Origin: Moniliella sp. 'wahieum'
Taxonomy: Eukaryota
Assembly (NCBI GenBank): GCA_003971905.1
Contig: RSEE01000002.1
Location: 186,001-250,000, forward strand
Reading direction: 5' to 3'
Length of the DNA: 64,000 bases
The translations under genes were made by a program, and so were the position numbers. Under the pieces are notes generated by a model. It made no database searches. It worked only from the letters and a program-made list of their open reading frames with translations, and was not told where the DNA came from. This document shows, piece after piece, positions 25,288 to 39,600 of the stretch; position 1 is the stretch's first letter, and the number at the start of each line of letters is the position of its first letter.

Positions 25288-25775
25288 AGCAAAGGGGAGT
25301 TGTCGCGCAAGTGTGTATCTGCATGTCTCACCTGTGTCGCGTACCTATGTCGCGTCCGGGTCATCCCAAGGGGATTGGGGGAGAGCGTGGTTGGGTCCAC
25401 ACGCTTAGGTATGCACGTTACACCACATTTTAAGAAGCTCTCCCGGGTATGTAATACGCGGTGGGCACTCTTGTGCACGTCCCCTCCCGATCGCAGTGAC
25501 TAGTGGTCCGGAATCGTGGCACGCTCTGTCGGTCGTTGTGACGGCGGGGGGGCGGAAGAAGAGAGGTGCTATGGGGCCTGTGGCGCAAAAAGGTGTATAG
25601 CAGGTGAGAAAGCAGGACGAAGACGATGAGGCTAACACGTGGATACGACGTGTCGTGATGCTGACGAATCATCTACTAGTCACTTTTCCTGCTGGTTGGA
25701 TTTGATAAAAGCGGTGCTTGAAGAGCTTGAAGCTTCCAAAGCTCCAAGGTCCATAAGGCGGCAGCGCGTTAGACG

Positions 25776-25902
25776 TTAGATCTTAGATCTTAGATGCGCT
25801 TTAATTTGCTCAAGATGCCTAGTCGGTAATCGGTAACCGGTAATCGGCAACCGGTAATCGATGATCGATGATCGATCGATGATGATGTCGATGATCGGAT
25901 CG
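25776..25902. repeat. Consecutive TTA-GATC, TAA-CCGG and TGA-TCGA heptamer arrays
   Basis: ttagatcttagatcttagat; cggtaatcggtaaccggtaatcggcaaccggtaatcgatgatcgatgatcga. Confidence 0.9.
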
Positions 25903-26813
25903 CCCCTTGCGTCGATCCACCGGCAAAATAGGCAAAACAACGCACTCGAGAGAGAGCGGGAAGCGGGCAAGATCGATCCGAGATCTGCGATCGGCCCGTG
26001 AGATCGAGATGGGGTATGGATTGCTCCTGGGGCGGCATCCTACACGCACCGCGAGCCGACAGGGTCTGCCCAGGGGGGCCGAGTGGCGGTGGCGGTGGTT
26101 GTGACAGACTGTGACTAGTAGTGACTGGGGCGGATTGCGGTGGCGGGGACTGGCGCTTGGGCTGGGTGGCTGGCACCGGCAGCTCCTGTGCGCCCACTCG
26201 CCACTAGATACCGACCGCCAGTACCGCCACCCAGCACTTGGCAGCCGCGCTGTCCAGTGGAGTAACGAAGAGCATGTGGCGACGAAAGCTAGTAGTGAGT
26301 TGGCGATTGACGTGCACGGGGCGGGCGGGGAGCGCGTACCGGTTGCGGTGCGCTGCGTTGTCACGCAGCAGTGGCCCAGCGGGCCGCTTGCGCATGTGCG
26401 GCTTACGTAGGCAGCGTTGGGTTGGCCGACGTGGATTGAATATTGACTCGGTGAAATTGAAACTGCAAGACGGTGGCGCAAAGCCCCAGCGAAAAAAAGG
26501 CATAGCAAGGGCGGTGCTGCGGCTGCACCTCGCCTCATGTCGCTCGCCTGAGCCATTGCTCGTTAGCCGGGCTCTTTCCTTGCTCTTCTCTTCGTCCCTT
26601 CGCTTCGTCCCCTTCTCGCCCCTCCCCTTCTTTCCCTCCCCCTCTCGTCCCTCCCGCCGCGCTGCAAGGATGCTGTGCGTAACTCCCCCGCCGCCGCCCC
26701 GCTGCCTGTCTGCTGACCCGTCTCGTCTTGGTGCGCTCCGCAGCAGCGACGCGTCCTCGCCCGCTGCCACGACCAGCACCACCCTCCCCTCCCCCTTCTC
26801 CTCCCACGCCGAG

Positions 26814-29800
26814 ATGCTCCGCGGCTGCGACCACCATCCCGCCGCTGCCACCACCGCCGACGCCCACCCGCCCCTCCTCCCCACCGCCCTCCCCCGCCAT
26901 GCTGCCCTCCCCCACCCGATGCGCCCCCCCAGAGCCCACATGAATGCTTCCCCACCAGCCCCTTGCCGCCCGCCCATCGTCTGCCAGCTCCCGCCACTTC
27001 ATCACCGTGCTTCCCCCGGAAGAGTACGTGTGCTGTCTCTGCTGCGCGAGCCGCGTGCGCGTTCGCCTGTGTCGCCTTGTGTTCCTCCCGTCATGCTGAC
27101 TAGCCCCGCTTCCCAGATTGGCCTCCGACGCGCTCCATCCCCGCGCTGCCGCCGCTGGTACGCTGACCAATCTAAAACGTGGCTGCCTCCTCCCGCTCTA
27201 CCCCACCCTCGGGGGCCAACTCTATGCCATTTCACGCGAGTACGGTCTGCCATCGATTGGCGGCCTCAGTGTGTATCTTGTCGACGATGGCTTTGGCTCT
27301 CTAGGGCCCTGCATCGGTGACAGTGCATGGCGCTCCATCTGGGCACCCTTTTACCGATCCCACCCACCCTTACTCGGGCCAGAGCGCGTCCTACTCTTCT
27401 GCCTCGTTGCCGCCCGCTCTGCTTCATCCACTGCCCTGGGACTTGACTCTGACCCCGGCATCGCCGTGGCCCTTCCCCGTTTGCCCATTGTCGGGCGTAT
27501 CGAATGGGCGGTAGAACCTATGCGGGCACCCTGGTGGCCCAACTGGATTGCCGAAGCGCGCGCAGCGGCGGCTGCACTCGACCCCAACCCTCCCTTGGAC
27601 TTGGCGCTCTCCAATGGCGAGACTTCTCCTTTGCCCTATACCTACTCCCCTTATACTCCGCGCACCGCCGTTGCCCCTTCTGATCGTCCTGCCGGCTGGT
27701 CCGGCCCAAAACCCTTGACACTGAGCACACCTGACTATGCCCACTCGGCCTCCGCTTCCGTCAAACCCGCCCGGATCGAGGCTCGCCGATACAAGCGGAA
27801 GCGAGAGAGGACTGTCCTCACCGCGACTGGGAATGACGCCTTCCCGGGCCCGGAACCTGGCTCGTACGCGGATAGCACGCCTGCGGTCCTTGCCACAGAT
27901 GCAGCTGCATGCCCTGGCACGAACTGCGTCCCCTGGCCGGATTCCTCTCTACTCTCCACGACAGGTTCTAGACACGTCCGCTCCACTCTCCGGTCCCGCC
28001 CCTCGGACCCCTGTCTCCGTCCCTCTTCCGCCTCGTCCCCTTCCTGACCCAGAAGCACTACCAGGCTTGCCCCACCGGACTGCCCCGGCCTCTTCTATGC
28101 CGGTTGTCGAGCAGGGCCGGTCTGCCCGCCGTCTCTGTCAGCTCAGCACCATGTCGGCAGCCCTGACCAGCTCGCCACACCACCCGAGCTCTGCGGTAGC
28201 ACTTCCGGATCGGGAATGGTACTCACAGCCTGAGACTGGAGTCCCATCCTCTTCACTTGCCTCGGGCTCGCGTGAAGCGTTGGTCCTTGCCCCAAAGGAA
28301 CCAGTTGTCGCCCCTTCTTCTCCTGCAAAGGTACATCCTCAAGCAGTGGAGAGCGTTGCCGAGCCGTCGCCCAGCAAGAACGAGGCGGCACCGAGTCGGC
28401 GGTCGAGTCAAGAGAACGACGTGCCGTCCCCTTCGAACAGTACCGTTCCTCGATCTGCCCCGGACACACGAGACATCCCAAGCGGAGAGCCGGTCTTGTC
28501 GAAAGAGCACGAGATCATTCCATCGAGGCGCTCTAGTACCACTTCGTCGTCCTCTAACGACCCGGAACCCCCGAGCCCGTCTGGACGGACACTTCATACG
28601 TTCCTCTCGACGATTCGGAGGAGGCGGGGCCAACAACCAATTCCGTCCCTACGCCCGCCACTGCGACCCCACCTGCACCCTCGCGGTCTCTTCCCCCACC
28701 ACCGCACCAGTCGTCGCTTGAGGCATGGCAGGAGTTGGGCTGGACGAGGACGAGTGGGCGGAGTTGGCCCTGGCCCAGCCCATTTCTGGGACTCAGATAC
28801 CTGGCGCGGACAGCCAAGGCCGGCACGGTCCGCACGATGGATCAAACCTGCTCACTCAACAGCAGAACAAGGACCGTCATTCGTCTGGCTTTAGCCTTGG
28901 CTCCTTTGGGTTCGGCAGTTTGGACGTGGACCCCCCTCCTGGCGTTGGGCCAGTGGCAGAGCGCGTACGCATGCTAGACTCTCCACCTACGGATGAGGAG
29001 GGCACGTTGCCTCCGACTGACGATGTCGGCGATGTCTTGTCACTCTGGGTCGATTCTGCCCAGGCCAAAGGCAAGACCTCCCTTCTTTCTCCCTTGCATC
29101 TGGCGGCGCCCCAGTTTGAGTCGACGCTGCATCAGGATGATCCTGGGGAACCCCACTTCGTTGACCAGTCGGTCCTGGGCAAGAAGGAGATTACTGAGAC
29201 CAAGCTGGTGACCGAATCCTGCTCCCCCCAACCCATCACCTTTCCCAGCCCGCACCCAGCTGAGCCCGTACCTGCCAAGGCAGTGGAGGCCAACGGGGCG
29301 TCCGAGCTGGGGACAGGTGCACTGAATGTGGTTGATGCCCCGATGCCTTTGGATCCCGCTTCCGCTGCACCTCATATTTCAGAGAAGACGGCCGAAGAGG
29401 AGGAGCCGAGATGCCCAACTCGTGGAGCGAATGGACTTTGCAACCGTCCCAGTCTGTGACCGAGGTGGACCAAGCCACTAAGCCAGAAATTCTGAACCGC
29501 CCGATCACCATTGACCCTACCAGTACCCTTCCGTCGTTTGCTACGCAGACAGGGGTCGCACAGTCCGCTACATCCCACCTTCTCGGATCTGGCAACGAAG
29601 TAGGAGTCCCGGCTCCCATTGAGTCCGAATCTGCGGCGCACCGCATGTCTTCTTCCTGTGGTTCGCAGCGAGTCAATCACCACGGATCTGAGTAGTAGTG
29701 GCAAAGGGGACCCCTTGAGCACGATTGAGAAGGCACTTCAACTCCTCTCGCCCCGCGGTGTGGACAGGGACATCCCTCCCTCCACCGCTCAAACCCATTT

Positions 29801-32800
29801 TGAGGCTCTGGTGAGCTCGACCAGCTCACACCAGATCTCGTCAAGTGCCTTGGACCGACCCATTCCCATGCGCAAGACGTCTCTGGGCCCCGAACGCACT
29901 TCGACTTCCTTTTCGGACATTATGTCTCACCCCCGAGCTCGCTCTGTTGCCGGCCCAAGCGTTTCGTTCTCGACGTCCTTCCCTCTGCGCTCCACTGAAT
30001 GCACCTCTTCGTCCACCTTGGCCGCTTCTACCTCTTCGCCTACGATGCGTCGTTGGGGTCTTCTCCCCTCCCAGCTAACCCAGCTAGTCCAGCCCGAGAG
30101 AGCCTACCCGTCGGATTCGGAGCAGGTCGGGGAGGAAGGTCTGGCAAGTTCCCAGCGAAGCCAACCAATGCTTCTTGGCCAATCACCCCAGGCGCGCTCA
30201 AGCACCCAACTTACCATGCCCCTTTCGACCCCCAACCTCTCTCTCATTCGCGATACGTTTCGCTGGAAGTGCCAATCTCTCATGCTGCCACGGACACGGA
30301 GGATGACTTCCACTCGGCCCGGGGGTCTCTGGACCAGTCGGTTCGGAGCCAACTGTCCCCGGCCCCTCACTCGCCACCATTGGGCCACCCGAGCCTCCAG
30401 AACGAGGAGTTGGTGCGCAGCCTGTCCTTGGACCAGGGAGACCCCGCCACCCCTTCTACCCCTGCGGCCCGGGAACTGGATCAAACCCGGTTGGAGCGCC
30501 CCACAAGCTCTCATTCGGACCGAGGTCCCATTCGCGATGCCAGCCAATTGGATCCAACGCAAACCCCGACCCAAGTGCCCGAATCGATCACCTCCATTGC
30601 GTTGCCAGGTCATGCTCGCCCGTTGCCATGCGATGATTTGGACCCTGACCTTCACTCAACGGATGGCGTGCATGTGCCCGCTCTGTCCTGGGAACCGATG
30701 TCAGACCAGGAGACGGATGCTGACAATGGCGACGTGACCAATGCCACTACCCTTCCTCCCTCGTCCTTTGAGCACAGCGTCAAGATGGATGATACCGACT
30801 TCAATCCGTCCCAGCCCATTCGTCGCTCTTCTCTCACCCTAGTGAACCGGTCTTTGAGGACAAGGAAGAAACAACTCCCCTTGCCCGGGCAGCTAAGGAT
30901 CAACCTCCCGTGAATGGCAAGCAAGAGGCCACCTCATGTGCTCCCTTGGTTACCTTTCCGGCTCCGGAGTCCCAGAGTTGGTCGGGGATGCAGGGTTCAG
31001 AACGACAGGATGCGTTTGATTCCCAGACCGACTCGGGCTGCAACCCTTCCCCCCCACCTGAGGCGCAAGACCCTTCGATCAAGCCCCCTTCCTTGGGGGA
31101 TGGGCCGCCCCCCATCCTCATTTCTCAACCGACCTCGGCCAGCGCCGACAGGGTAAGACTGGACCGAACCCGGTCACCCACCTCTCCTCTCGGTTCTCCG
31201 ACAGCTCTTCCGAAGAATCATATGGGCCATTCCGGGCTACGCGGGCGTCGCTCCGGGTTGGGTTGAGGATATGTCCCCCCCACTTTTGGTCAGTACCGCG
31301 CCACAACGAGCCAGCCAGCCGTCTGGATCGATTGCGGCGCTGCTGTCCAACTACCAGCGCATGTCAGCTCGCCCTCACCCCCCCTCGAACCGGCTGGGCA
31401 ACTTTCTGGAGGACGATCCCGACCCGTTCCGTCCCTCGGGCCCGGTCGTAGCCCAGAGCAGCGTGGCGAATCAAGAATCGGGGGTGATGCCCTCTTTTCT
31501 GGCGCACCTAGCTTCCCCCCATCCTGCCGTACACGTCCAATTCCGGCTCGCCGTACTCCCTACCGAGCTCAGCTATGGTCCCAACGGGGATGTACCAGCC
31601 AGGGTACTTGGTTGGCGCCGGACCGAGCCAGATGACGGCGACCCCTCTGATTGCGCAGAGTATTGAGGAAGTGGATGAACCGGCACTCTCGGCCCCGTCG
31701 TCGAGCCATTCACTTGTATCCGACGCGACTAAGGAGGGTGAGGAGGGCGCACCGGACGCACACAGTTCTTCGGCAGGACTGTACCCGTCCTCATCTACAG
31801 TGGAGGTTAACCTCGAATCGTCCCCGTCGAGTGGCCTGCTTCATGACGAGGAACCACTCAGGTTGCCTGCCACCTCAGTCCCGCAAGCTGGCCAACGGAC
31901 GCACGAGGCAAGGGCGGTCGAACAACCCAATCACATTTGCACCCGCTCCCCCTGTCGCGCCGGATCCAGAACAGAGAGAGTCATCCTCACCCGCGCAGCT
32001 GGGGAGCGAGTCGAGCCAAGTGCCCCCCCCCCTGTCCAATGACCGTCCGAGCTTGGAGGACGAGACAGCCACGGAGCCAGTTGGTGAGCGTTGCAGTTCA
32101 CGCCCCGGCTCCTGGAGCGAGTCGCTCGACACTTCAGGCATGCCTTCGATGCAGGCCTTGCTAGACGGTACCATCGCCGATCTGAGCCGTGGCAACACGC
32201 CCATCGCGCCCCAAGATGGATATCGTTCCGTTGAAGGGCGGGAGAGGGAGACCAAAGGGGAAACGCTTTCGGGGCACACTCGTTGGCGGAAACGAATGCG
32301 GTTGTGGGTGCGCGCTCCTCGCTCGAACCGGCGACGGGGGGGACAGAGGCTCGGCATGTCGCAACTGAATCGGTGGATACGTCTTGACCCAACACTGCCT
32401 ACCCGCGCGCTGGCGCCACGAAGCGTCTTCGATGGATCGTCGGCTGCCCGAAGAGATCGAGTCCATGTTGCCGGAAGCTCCTCAATCTCTGTCGCCGCTC
32501 AGGAGCAAAGGGTGGGAAGGTGCCAACGAGGCCAATGACATTATTCGTCGCGGCAGCACTGCCAGCCAATGGCACCGTTCTACTAGCACCACCTACCGCC
32601 AATCCGTCCTGACTGGCTACTCTTCCCGCCTTGGTGACGAGAGCCGGACGACGAGCCGCGCGTGGAGCCAAGACGGTTCGGAGTTTTCTACTCGGAACGG
32701 AGTGAGCGCGCCCGATCCACATTCTCCCAACGCGATTCCTCGTGCCCAGCTGGCCAGGCATTGAGATTGAACCGGCCCAGTCTAGTCCCGAGGACCGAGC

Positions 32801-33942
32801 TGAGCTCGCGTATCTGGGGCCTGCTTCTACCTACACTCGATCCGCTCGCCCTCCCCCGTATCGGCGGGCCCCCAGCCGATACTGGGGTTGGGACTTGGCT
32901 TGACGCTGGGTCAACCGTCGGTTCGGTCCAACCGGCCCCCACTGCGGCTACGCAAGGGGGGGAGTGTATCGCCTGCTACCCAGACGGCTCCGTTGCCAGT
33001 GAGAGAAGGGACCAGACATTTGAGATCACTCCCTTTAGTACCTTGTCCCTTCACAGCGACGACGACATTGAGTGTCGTCTGGACGATATGCTGTCGCTCA
33101 CGGAAGACTTGTCGGATGGCCAGCACGACATTTCCGTTTCTTCCGCCCCGTTTGACGGGGCTCAGAGGTCATCTTCGCCTGCTCGGACCACGACGTTACC
33201 TTGCTCGGTATCCAACACGACGGTCACACCCTCTGCCTCTACCCACACCATCTTGCCCCTGCGGTCCTACGCCCCGCAAGGCAACGGGCCCGAATCTGCC
33301 AAGATGACCCCCGTCTCCTCGTCGCAAAGCCATTACCACCCGCCCTATCGGACTCGGGAACGGAGCAGGAGTTGGACGCCATCTCTCGCTCAGGGCATGA
33401 AGCCCCGCTGGGGAAAGATGCACCTTTGCCACCCTCGCCGCTACCTCCCTGGGAGATCTCGCCTTTACCCCCCCCACCTCCCGGGTGGGTCCCTCCGCCG
33501 CCCCCACCTGGCTGGCAGGCGGGGATGCCGCTCCCGCCCCTCCTCCTGGCTGGCCTCCCCTCGGTCCTACCCCGTTCGAGTCGCTTTCCACTTCGCCTGC
33601 CACGCCTGGCTCGACAGGGAGCGCGCCCAGCCCATCGCAAACCACGACGGAGGGTGCACGGCCCATCCTTTGCCCTCGCCCGGCCGTCAGTCAAGGTCCG
33701 TTGGGAGAAGGGCGATCGAGTGGGTCAAAGTCGCTACGAGGCCCGACGGGCAAAGTGCACTCGCCTTCGCGCGCTCGCCGCGTGCTAGCGGCCGCCATCC
33801 CGATCCGACTCAGTTCGTCCAGCTCTTCGGTGGCTAGTCCTCCTACTTCTCGCTTCACCGACGTGTCCCCCACCCCTCACTCGGCCTTGCCCACCAGTCC
33901 CCATTTGCGCAACACCCAAACGTTGGTTCATCGCCTGGTTAA
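26814..33942 (+). CDS. Very large, mostly disordered Ser/Pro-rich protein with a structured N-terminal domain; many frameshifts, ends approximate
   Basis: Intron GTACGT...CTGAC...CAG at about 27023-27116, then LKRGCLLPLYPTLGGQLYAISREYGLPSIGGLSVYL...LPIVGRIEW...WW, resembling an uncharacterised basidiomycete family from memory; about 6 kb of tiled plus-strand S/P/D/E-rich ORFs follow. Confidence 0.65.
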
Positions 33943-34389
33943 TGTCGTGCTTCCCCCGACACCGTCCTCCCTTTGCTCCACTTGGAACGAACGCCTAAGT
34001 TTTGCGTTTGCGTTTTGCCCAAATCCTTCTCTCCACCCGCACTCATGTACTCTCTTTGTTTCTATCGCACTTTGTCTCTACCGATCCCGAAACCATCCCT
34101 GTAGTGCCAAGTAGGACAGCGCTGTCAACGCGAACGTGCAGAGAGAATCAAAACTTGTAGAGCATGGCGCCAAGGGTATCACTAGCACTCTAGACTTCAA
34201 GTGGAACCTGACGCTGCACCAATTGATGGATCACCTTGTTGATCATGTGTTTCTCTGTTCCATAGATCAACTGTTGGTCGAGGCGGTGATTCAAGGGTCA
34301 CTTGATCCTCCCGCTCATCTCGCCTGCGGCATCGCCCACGCCACCTTCTGCGCCACCTTCTCCCCAACTGTCTGAACAGATCCCCCCTC

Positions 34390-35581
34390 ATCCTACCGTC
34401 CCGGTCAACTCTGCCGCTGCCTGCGTTTAACAAACGCACTCTCTGGTCCCTCTTCTCCTTTCCACTGCCAACTCTGCCACTGCCCGCCCACCCATTCCCC
34501 ACTCCTCATTCCCCACTCTCCCCCTTTCCTTTCAGGCAACCGTGTCATCTTGGCGATCAGAGCGGCAGCCGACCAAGGCGCGACCTTCTTGCGGGTGGTA
34601 TGCAGCACGTTCTTCCTATGTCGGCGTGGGAAGGAACGGACTGATGCATGGTGGCTGACGAAAGGAGGGCAGGGCTTCGTCCCGAGCTGGTCAAGTCGAC
34701 GTAGGAGGAACAGGTGCCTGCAGTCCGGCTGTATCGTCAATGAGAAGGTATACGAGTATGCGCTTGAGACTGCCAGGGGGATGGCACACGTTGGTCTGGA
34801 TGCTGGTGTGCTGGCGTGCTGGTTTGATGGTTTGGCAGAACCTTGCTTCCTGTGGTCTGGGGACCCTGCCAGGACCACGACAAAGGCAAAGAAGATATGA
34901 CCCTTCCCCCCGTCTCATTCGCCGCGCATCGAGGTGGACCGACGTCTGGTGGCGAGTGCCTCACTGCCCCCTACTGAGGACCCAGACCATGCACCGGACG
35001 TGGTCATTGCGGGTACGTGCTTGTGCTTGGCGCTTGGCGCTTCGCTTGGGTTTACGTTTGCTCCCGGCCATCTTCTTCATATTAAGCATCTCCCTTTGCC
35101 ATGCCTAGCCGATGCGATCGTCATCAGGGACAAGGAAATCCATGAGAAGCCGTCGGACCGGAACGATGCACTACGGAGGATATGCTGATGGACTTGAACG
35201 ATGGGTCGTGCGAGGGGGTGACGGGGATTGCGGTTGTCCACCCCATCCCTGTCAGTCCTGGATTCCATGTCAAGTACGTTAGGAGCTTCAAGGTTGGATG
35301 GTCGAGGGAGCTGTGGTTTGCTACTTACTGACAACGAACATACCCATTCACATGAGCATGGCCGAAAAGGCCAAATTCAACTTTGCTTGCGACCTGTCGG
35401 AGCACCTGTTGGCCTATGCCACCTCGGGAGAAGGAATGGACAAGGCGGGCGCCTTCTTCATCCAGGCCCTGGTGCGCTCTTCATTTCGACCATCGAGAGG
35501 GCAACTATAGTAACGTGGGGGATTTCCTGCTTCTTCCACTTCCTTCACGACTTGTTGGAGAACGATAAGATTGAGCTCTAG
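34390..35581 (+). CDS. Maf-like nucleoside triphosphate pyrophosphatase
   Basis: LPAFNK|..RVILA, YEYALETA, PDVVIA|ADAIV...IHEKP, AYATSGEGMDKAGAFFIQ, IEGNYSNV; several introns and frameshifts; start uncertain. Confidence 0.82.
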
Positions 35582-35744
35582 GATTTCAGTCCCCCCGTAC
35601 GGGCTCGTTCGTTCTCCTAGTCGCTTGGTGCTATGCTGTCACCTCCTCATGGCTACCCCCCACGTTTCTTGAATCTCTATAATGCATCCCACGAACGGAA
35701 CGACCATGTGCTTCGCAAAAGGGCAGTCCTGGTGACCGACAGGC

Positions 35745-36628
35745 TTACCGGAACGGATTCGCCGCCGCTGGAGGCGGAGCCGGCTTCGAGTCGAAGTCGA
35801 ATCGCCTTGACTGAGACGGGCCTTGTTCTGCTTGCTCTGCCTCGGCACGGGGGGAAGCGCCCGAACGAGTATCAATGGTCCGTAGCGACGATGCAAGAAT
35901 GTTTGGCACAGGCAAGTCTTCTTGGGTCCGGATGGCAACTCGTTCCTTGGCGAATTCGCGCTCGGCCACCGACTTGGCAAAGTGTCCACCCATCTCTTTG
36001 GCCTCAACCATGGCGAACCGAGTAGCCGTCTCGTGTTCGGCGCGCAAAGCATAGTACGCACCCAGTTGGCGCTGGTACGCCTCGAGGAGCGACATGTTGC
36101 CCTGCTCATGCAGGGCCAGCACGGCTTGAATTAGGGGAACAACAGCAGACTGGTCAGTAGCCCGTTGAGCAGTGTGCGCCGCAAACGCAGCCCAGATCAA
36201 CGCACTCTTCCACATTCGGGTTGCGGCCATAGTCACGCAAGTTGGCGCCTTTGCGGCGCGTGTCGTACTGGGCGGCGACCTGCTCGTCGGGCTCGACGAG
36301 CGTTTGGGGCCGGCGGCTTCCCAAGGGTGGTCCTTGTAGAACTGCGTACGCACCCGGTCGGCCAGGTAGCGGATGGTAGGAAGGTTGTACATGTGGTTCC
36401 TGTGCAGCTTGCGCTCGATGCCATCGGTCTTGAGGCCCTGCTCGAGGCGGCGGGTGTACTCGAGGTGGGCGGCGGTCTTGCGGGCGCGGTTGTAGGGCGG
36501 AGGCAAGGGCGGGTTCTCGAGCGTCGCGCGCAGCCAGCTCGGCTCCTCCTTCACGTACCCGCCGCGCATCAGGCGCGAGACAAAGACGGGCACCTGGCCG
36601 CAATGTTGCGGCTTCCGTTGGCCGGCAT
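35745..36628 (-). CDS. RSM25: Mitochondrial small-subunit ribosomal protein mS23 (Rsm25)
   Basis: VSRLMRGGYVKEEPSW...ENPP, IRYLADRVRTQFYKDHPWE(ARRPQTLVE), YGRNPNVE, AYYALRAEHETATRFAMVEAKEMGGHF; one short intron near 36150-36200. Confidence 0.82.
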
Positions 36629-37688
36629 GGGGGGTAGCAGATGCGGGGCTGCGGGAGGAGGTTAGGCGGGGGGGACACACTTCACTAATACTTCTGCCCA
36701 GAGCCAGAACAGCACCAGCAGGACCTTCGCACCAGCCAGCCAGCAGCCCATTCCGCCGCTCGGCTGGCCGGTCCATTCCGCCTCTCATGGCAAATGTTCA
36801 ATTTCCCAGGTTAGTCGAACAGCCAGGCAGGTCAGCCCATGCGCCTTGTGTGGCATCCACAACCCACGCCATCTTTGCCTTGCCCCAACGAAAGCAGACC
36901 GTCGGTTGACTTGCTCGTACGCACCCATTGCATTGCCGATGTGCCGCCTCGAAGATGCAACCGCCAGTGCAGAAGGCAAACACCTTGTTCAGCTGGCCCA
37001 ACACACCTTCCTTGCGGCGCGGCGCTGCTTGCTCTCGCCACACTGCGCCCAGCGGCCGAGACGGCATCATTATCATTGCGCTCTCGGTGGTCGAGGGGAA
37101 CAGATACTGCGTGTGGCTTTGTCCCCATGCCCTGCATTCTCTCCTGCAGTGTGCCCTCACTAGTCACTGGCCCTGTGCCTAGTCGGCCTCCGATGTAGAT
37201 GCCTCTCTCTGTACCCAGACCCAAGTCTGCTCTAACCCATCACCTATTATCCTTCTGCCTGTCCGTGCTCCCTAGGCCAACATGCGGGGCTGGAAGCGCG
37301 GGCGCGGCTGAAGCAGCTGAGCCTCCGCCCCAAAGGCGCGAGGTGTTGGGGTTGGGCCGGGGGGCCTGAATATTGAATGAAGCTCAAACCCCAGAAGGGC
37401 CGACTTGGCACTGGGGGGGCCAGCGCGCGAACCGCGAGGGCAGCGGTGAGTGAGGCTGGAGGGAGGCCTGAGGCCTGAGGCCCAGTGCCATCGTCGCGTC
37501 GAAATGTCCCCAGGTTGGGTACCGCTGGGGCTGGATTTAGAGTGGGGTCTTGGGTTGCTGGCCCAGTGACTAGTGTCGGTCGTCTGTCGCAAGCCAGTGA
37601 CTTGCTCGGGAGCGCCACACCCCGCCCTCTGCCCAAGCACCCCCGTTCTCACCCCCGCCAGTCCATCTTCGCCGCCGCTCCAGGCACC

Positions 37689-39147
37689 ATGGCCTCCCCG
37701 CGTCGCCACGCCTCGACTCGTCTTCCAGAGCTTCTGATGAATCCGCAGCCGTGGCCGTCGCTAGCGTCCGCACGCCCGTCCCCAATCCCATCATCGCCCG
37801 CCCGTCAGCCCGTCCAGGGCGTGGCATCGCGGCCTCGACTATGCGGCCCTCCCAATCTCTTCCGCCTCCCCATCCCCGTACAGTACGCCAAGAGCCTGAT
37901 GGGGACGGTGAGCCATTGAGCACTGTACTTGCCACCCGCGTGGGCGCATTTCTTGGCGTCTTTGGTCGCCTGGAGGTTCCCCAGCACATGGACTCACTTA
38001 TTGCATACCTTTCCTCTTGGGGTGGCACCGACAAGGCCCTGATGATGTCCCAGTACGGGCGCGCCTTCTGGTTGCCCTTTCTGCCATCCAGCATCGGGCA
38101 CGTGCGTGGGTCTTTGCTGGATCGTCATCCTATCTTCCCTATGGCGGATCTTCCACTGCTCGTCGTTTTGCTGCCCTGAGCGATGCGTGTGCCGATGCCG
38201 TACGCTTTCCGAGTGTGGAGTGTTCTGCCAATAATTCGCTGGGTTCGTTTCTCTTCTTTGCGTGACCACTCTCTAACACACGTTCCGTTCCAGATGATCC
38301 AAATCGAGCATATTCAGCCACGAACAAGACTGCTATCCAACGTCGAGCGCCTGCAAGGCTGGTCCCTTTTTTGCCTCCCGCTTGAGTTTCTTGCTTACTT
38401 GGGAGCCCATTCGATCGTGCCCATGGGCCGCGCAGTACATCGCCGTCTCGCGCTTCTCTCAGCCCGTTTTTGGGTCGCATACCTTGTGCTACAATGCCTA
38501 CATCTGATGGAGGAGAACCGACTTTGCCGGCTGCAAGCGCGGGCCTTGGAACGAACACGTGGGCATCCCATACCGCTCCCTTCCCTTTCCCGTCGGTCCA
38601 GTAGTGTTGGCGCGTCCCAGGTACCGCTCTCCAAAGCCACACCTTACACCTCGCATGGTCGCGTGGAGCCAAGCCACCACGGTTGCATGGCTCGGCCAAG
38701 AAAGCGGCCCAGCGGGCAGCTCTTCGACCGAGATGTTTGAAGAGTATGAGAATGATCCCAAGCGGCCGAGCGCGGGCGGTGACAAGGGCGCTGTGTGGGA
38801 CGAGCTGGACGACAAGAAGTGACATTCTCGTTTCGCTCTGGCTTTGCTTAGGCTACCTTCCTCTTGTCCTTGGTTCAGCTACGGGGCTCCAGCGCGCGCC
38901 GGGCGAAGCGCCCGGTACCTACCGTGTCTCCACCTTGTCCGGCTTGGCGCAAGGCTGTCTCGGATCGCTTACTGCTCTCCTGTCCTTCCGCCATGGCTGG
39001 CGTGTGACCGCTGTCAACACAGCCGTCGCAAGCAGACGGCCTCTCCAGCTGACGAGAAGAGCAATTATGGGTATCCTGTCGATGGAGAGGTCCGCTCGCA
39101 ATGCCGGAGGAACTGGCACCGCTCTTGCCGTCGGATTTTGCCCGTAA
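37689..39147 (+). CDS. PEX11-family peroxisomal membrane protein (fungal PEX11C-like)
   Basis: MDSLIAYLSSWGGTDKALMMSQY, FRVWSVLPIIRW, ERLQGWS...PLEFLAYL, LLSARFWVAYLVLQCLHL, LGYLPL; frameshifts and introns; ends approximate. Confidence 0.7.
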
Positions 39148-39600
39148 CGCGCGCAAAAGAAGTGACAGTCACTCGTGGGGCTAATATTTTGTGATGCGGA
39201 CCTCATACTCTTCCGGTTCAACGACCTATTGCATCCAGCTCATCAATTCAAACTTGCTGGTCGTTCCTTGACAAGTATTTACACCATCAATGAAGCTCTA
39301 TTGTTACCCTCACCTCGGGCCCCAGTCTGGCGAAACGCGGTGATTTGATACCATTGGAGATCCAATCGACAACACTAACAATGTCTTTTGTTCCTGGGTA
39401 ACTTATTGTAGACTAACAAGACATAAGCACATAAGTTGCGCAGAACGGCAGAAGAGCTTATGAGCTTGCGTTGATTAAAGGCAACCCATGCGAAAAAGAA
39501 GCCCAATGAACCCGAACGTGCACCGTAGAAGCAAATAAAGACCACAACTTTTTCATTGTGATCGTATAGGAGACATCGGATCCAACAGGAACCCCTCGCA

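Noticed and set aside
11337..39147. PEX39 and PEX11-like genes as a peroxisome gene cluster
   Set aside because: 26 kb apart and separated by unrelated housekeeping genes; no evidence of co-regulation.
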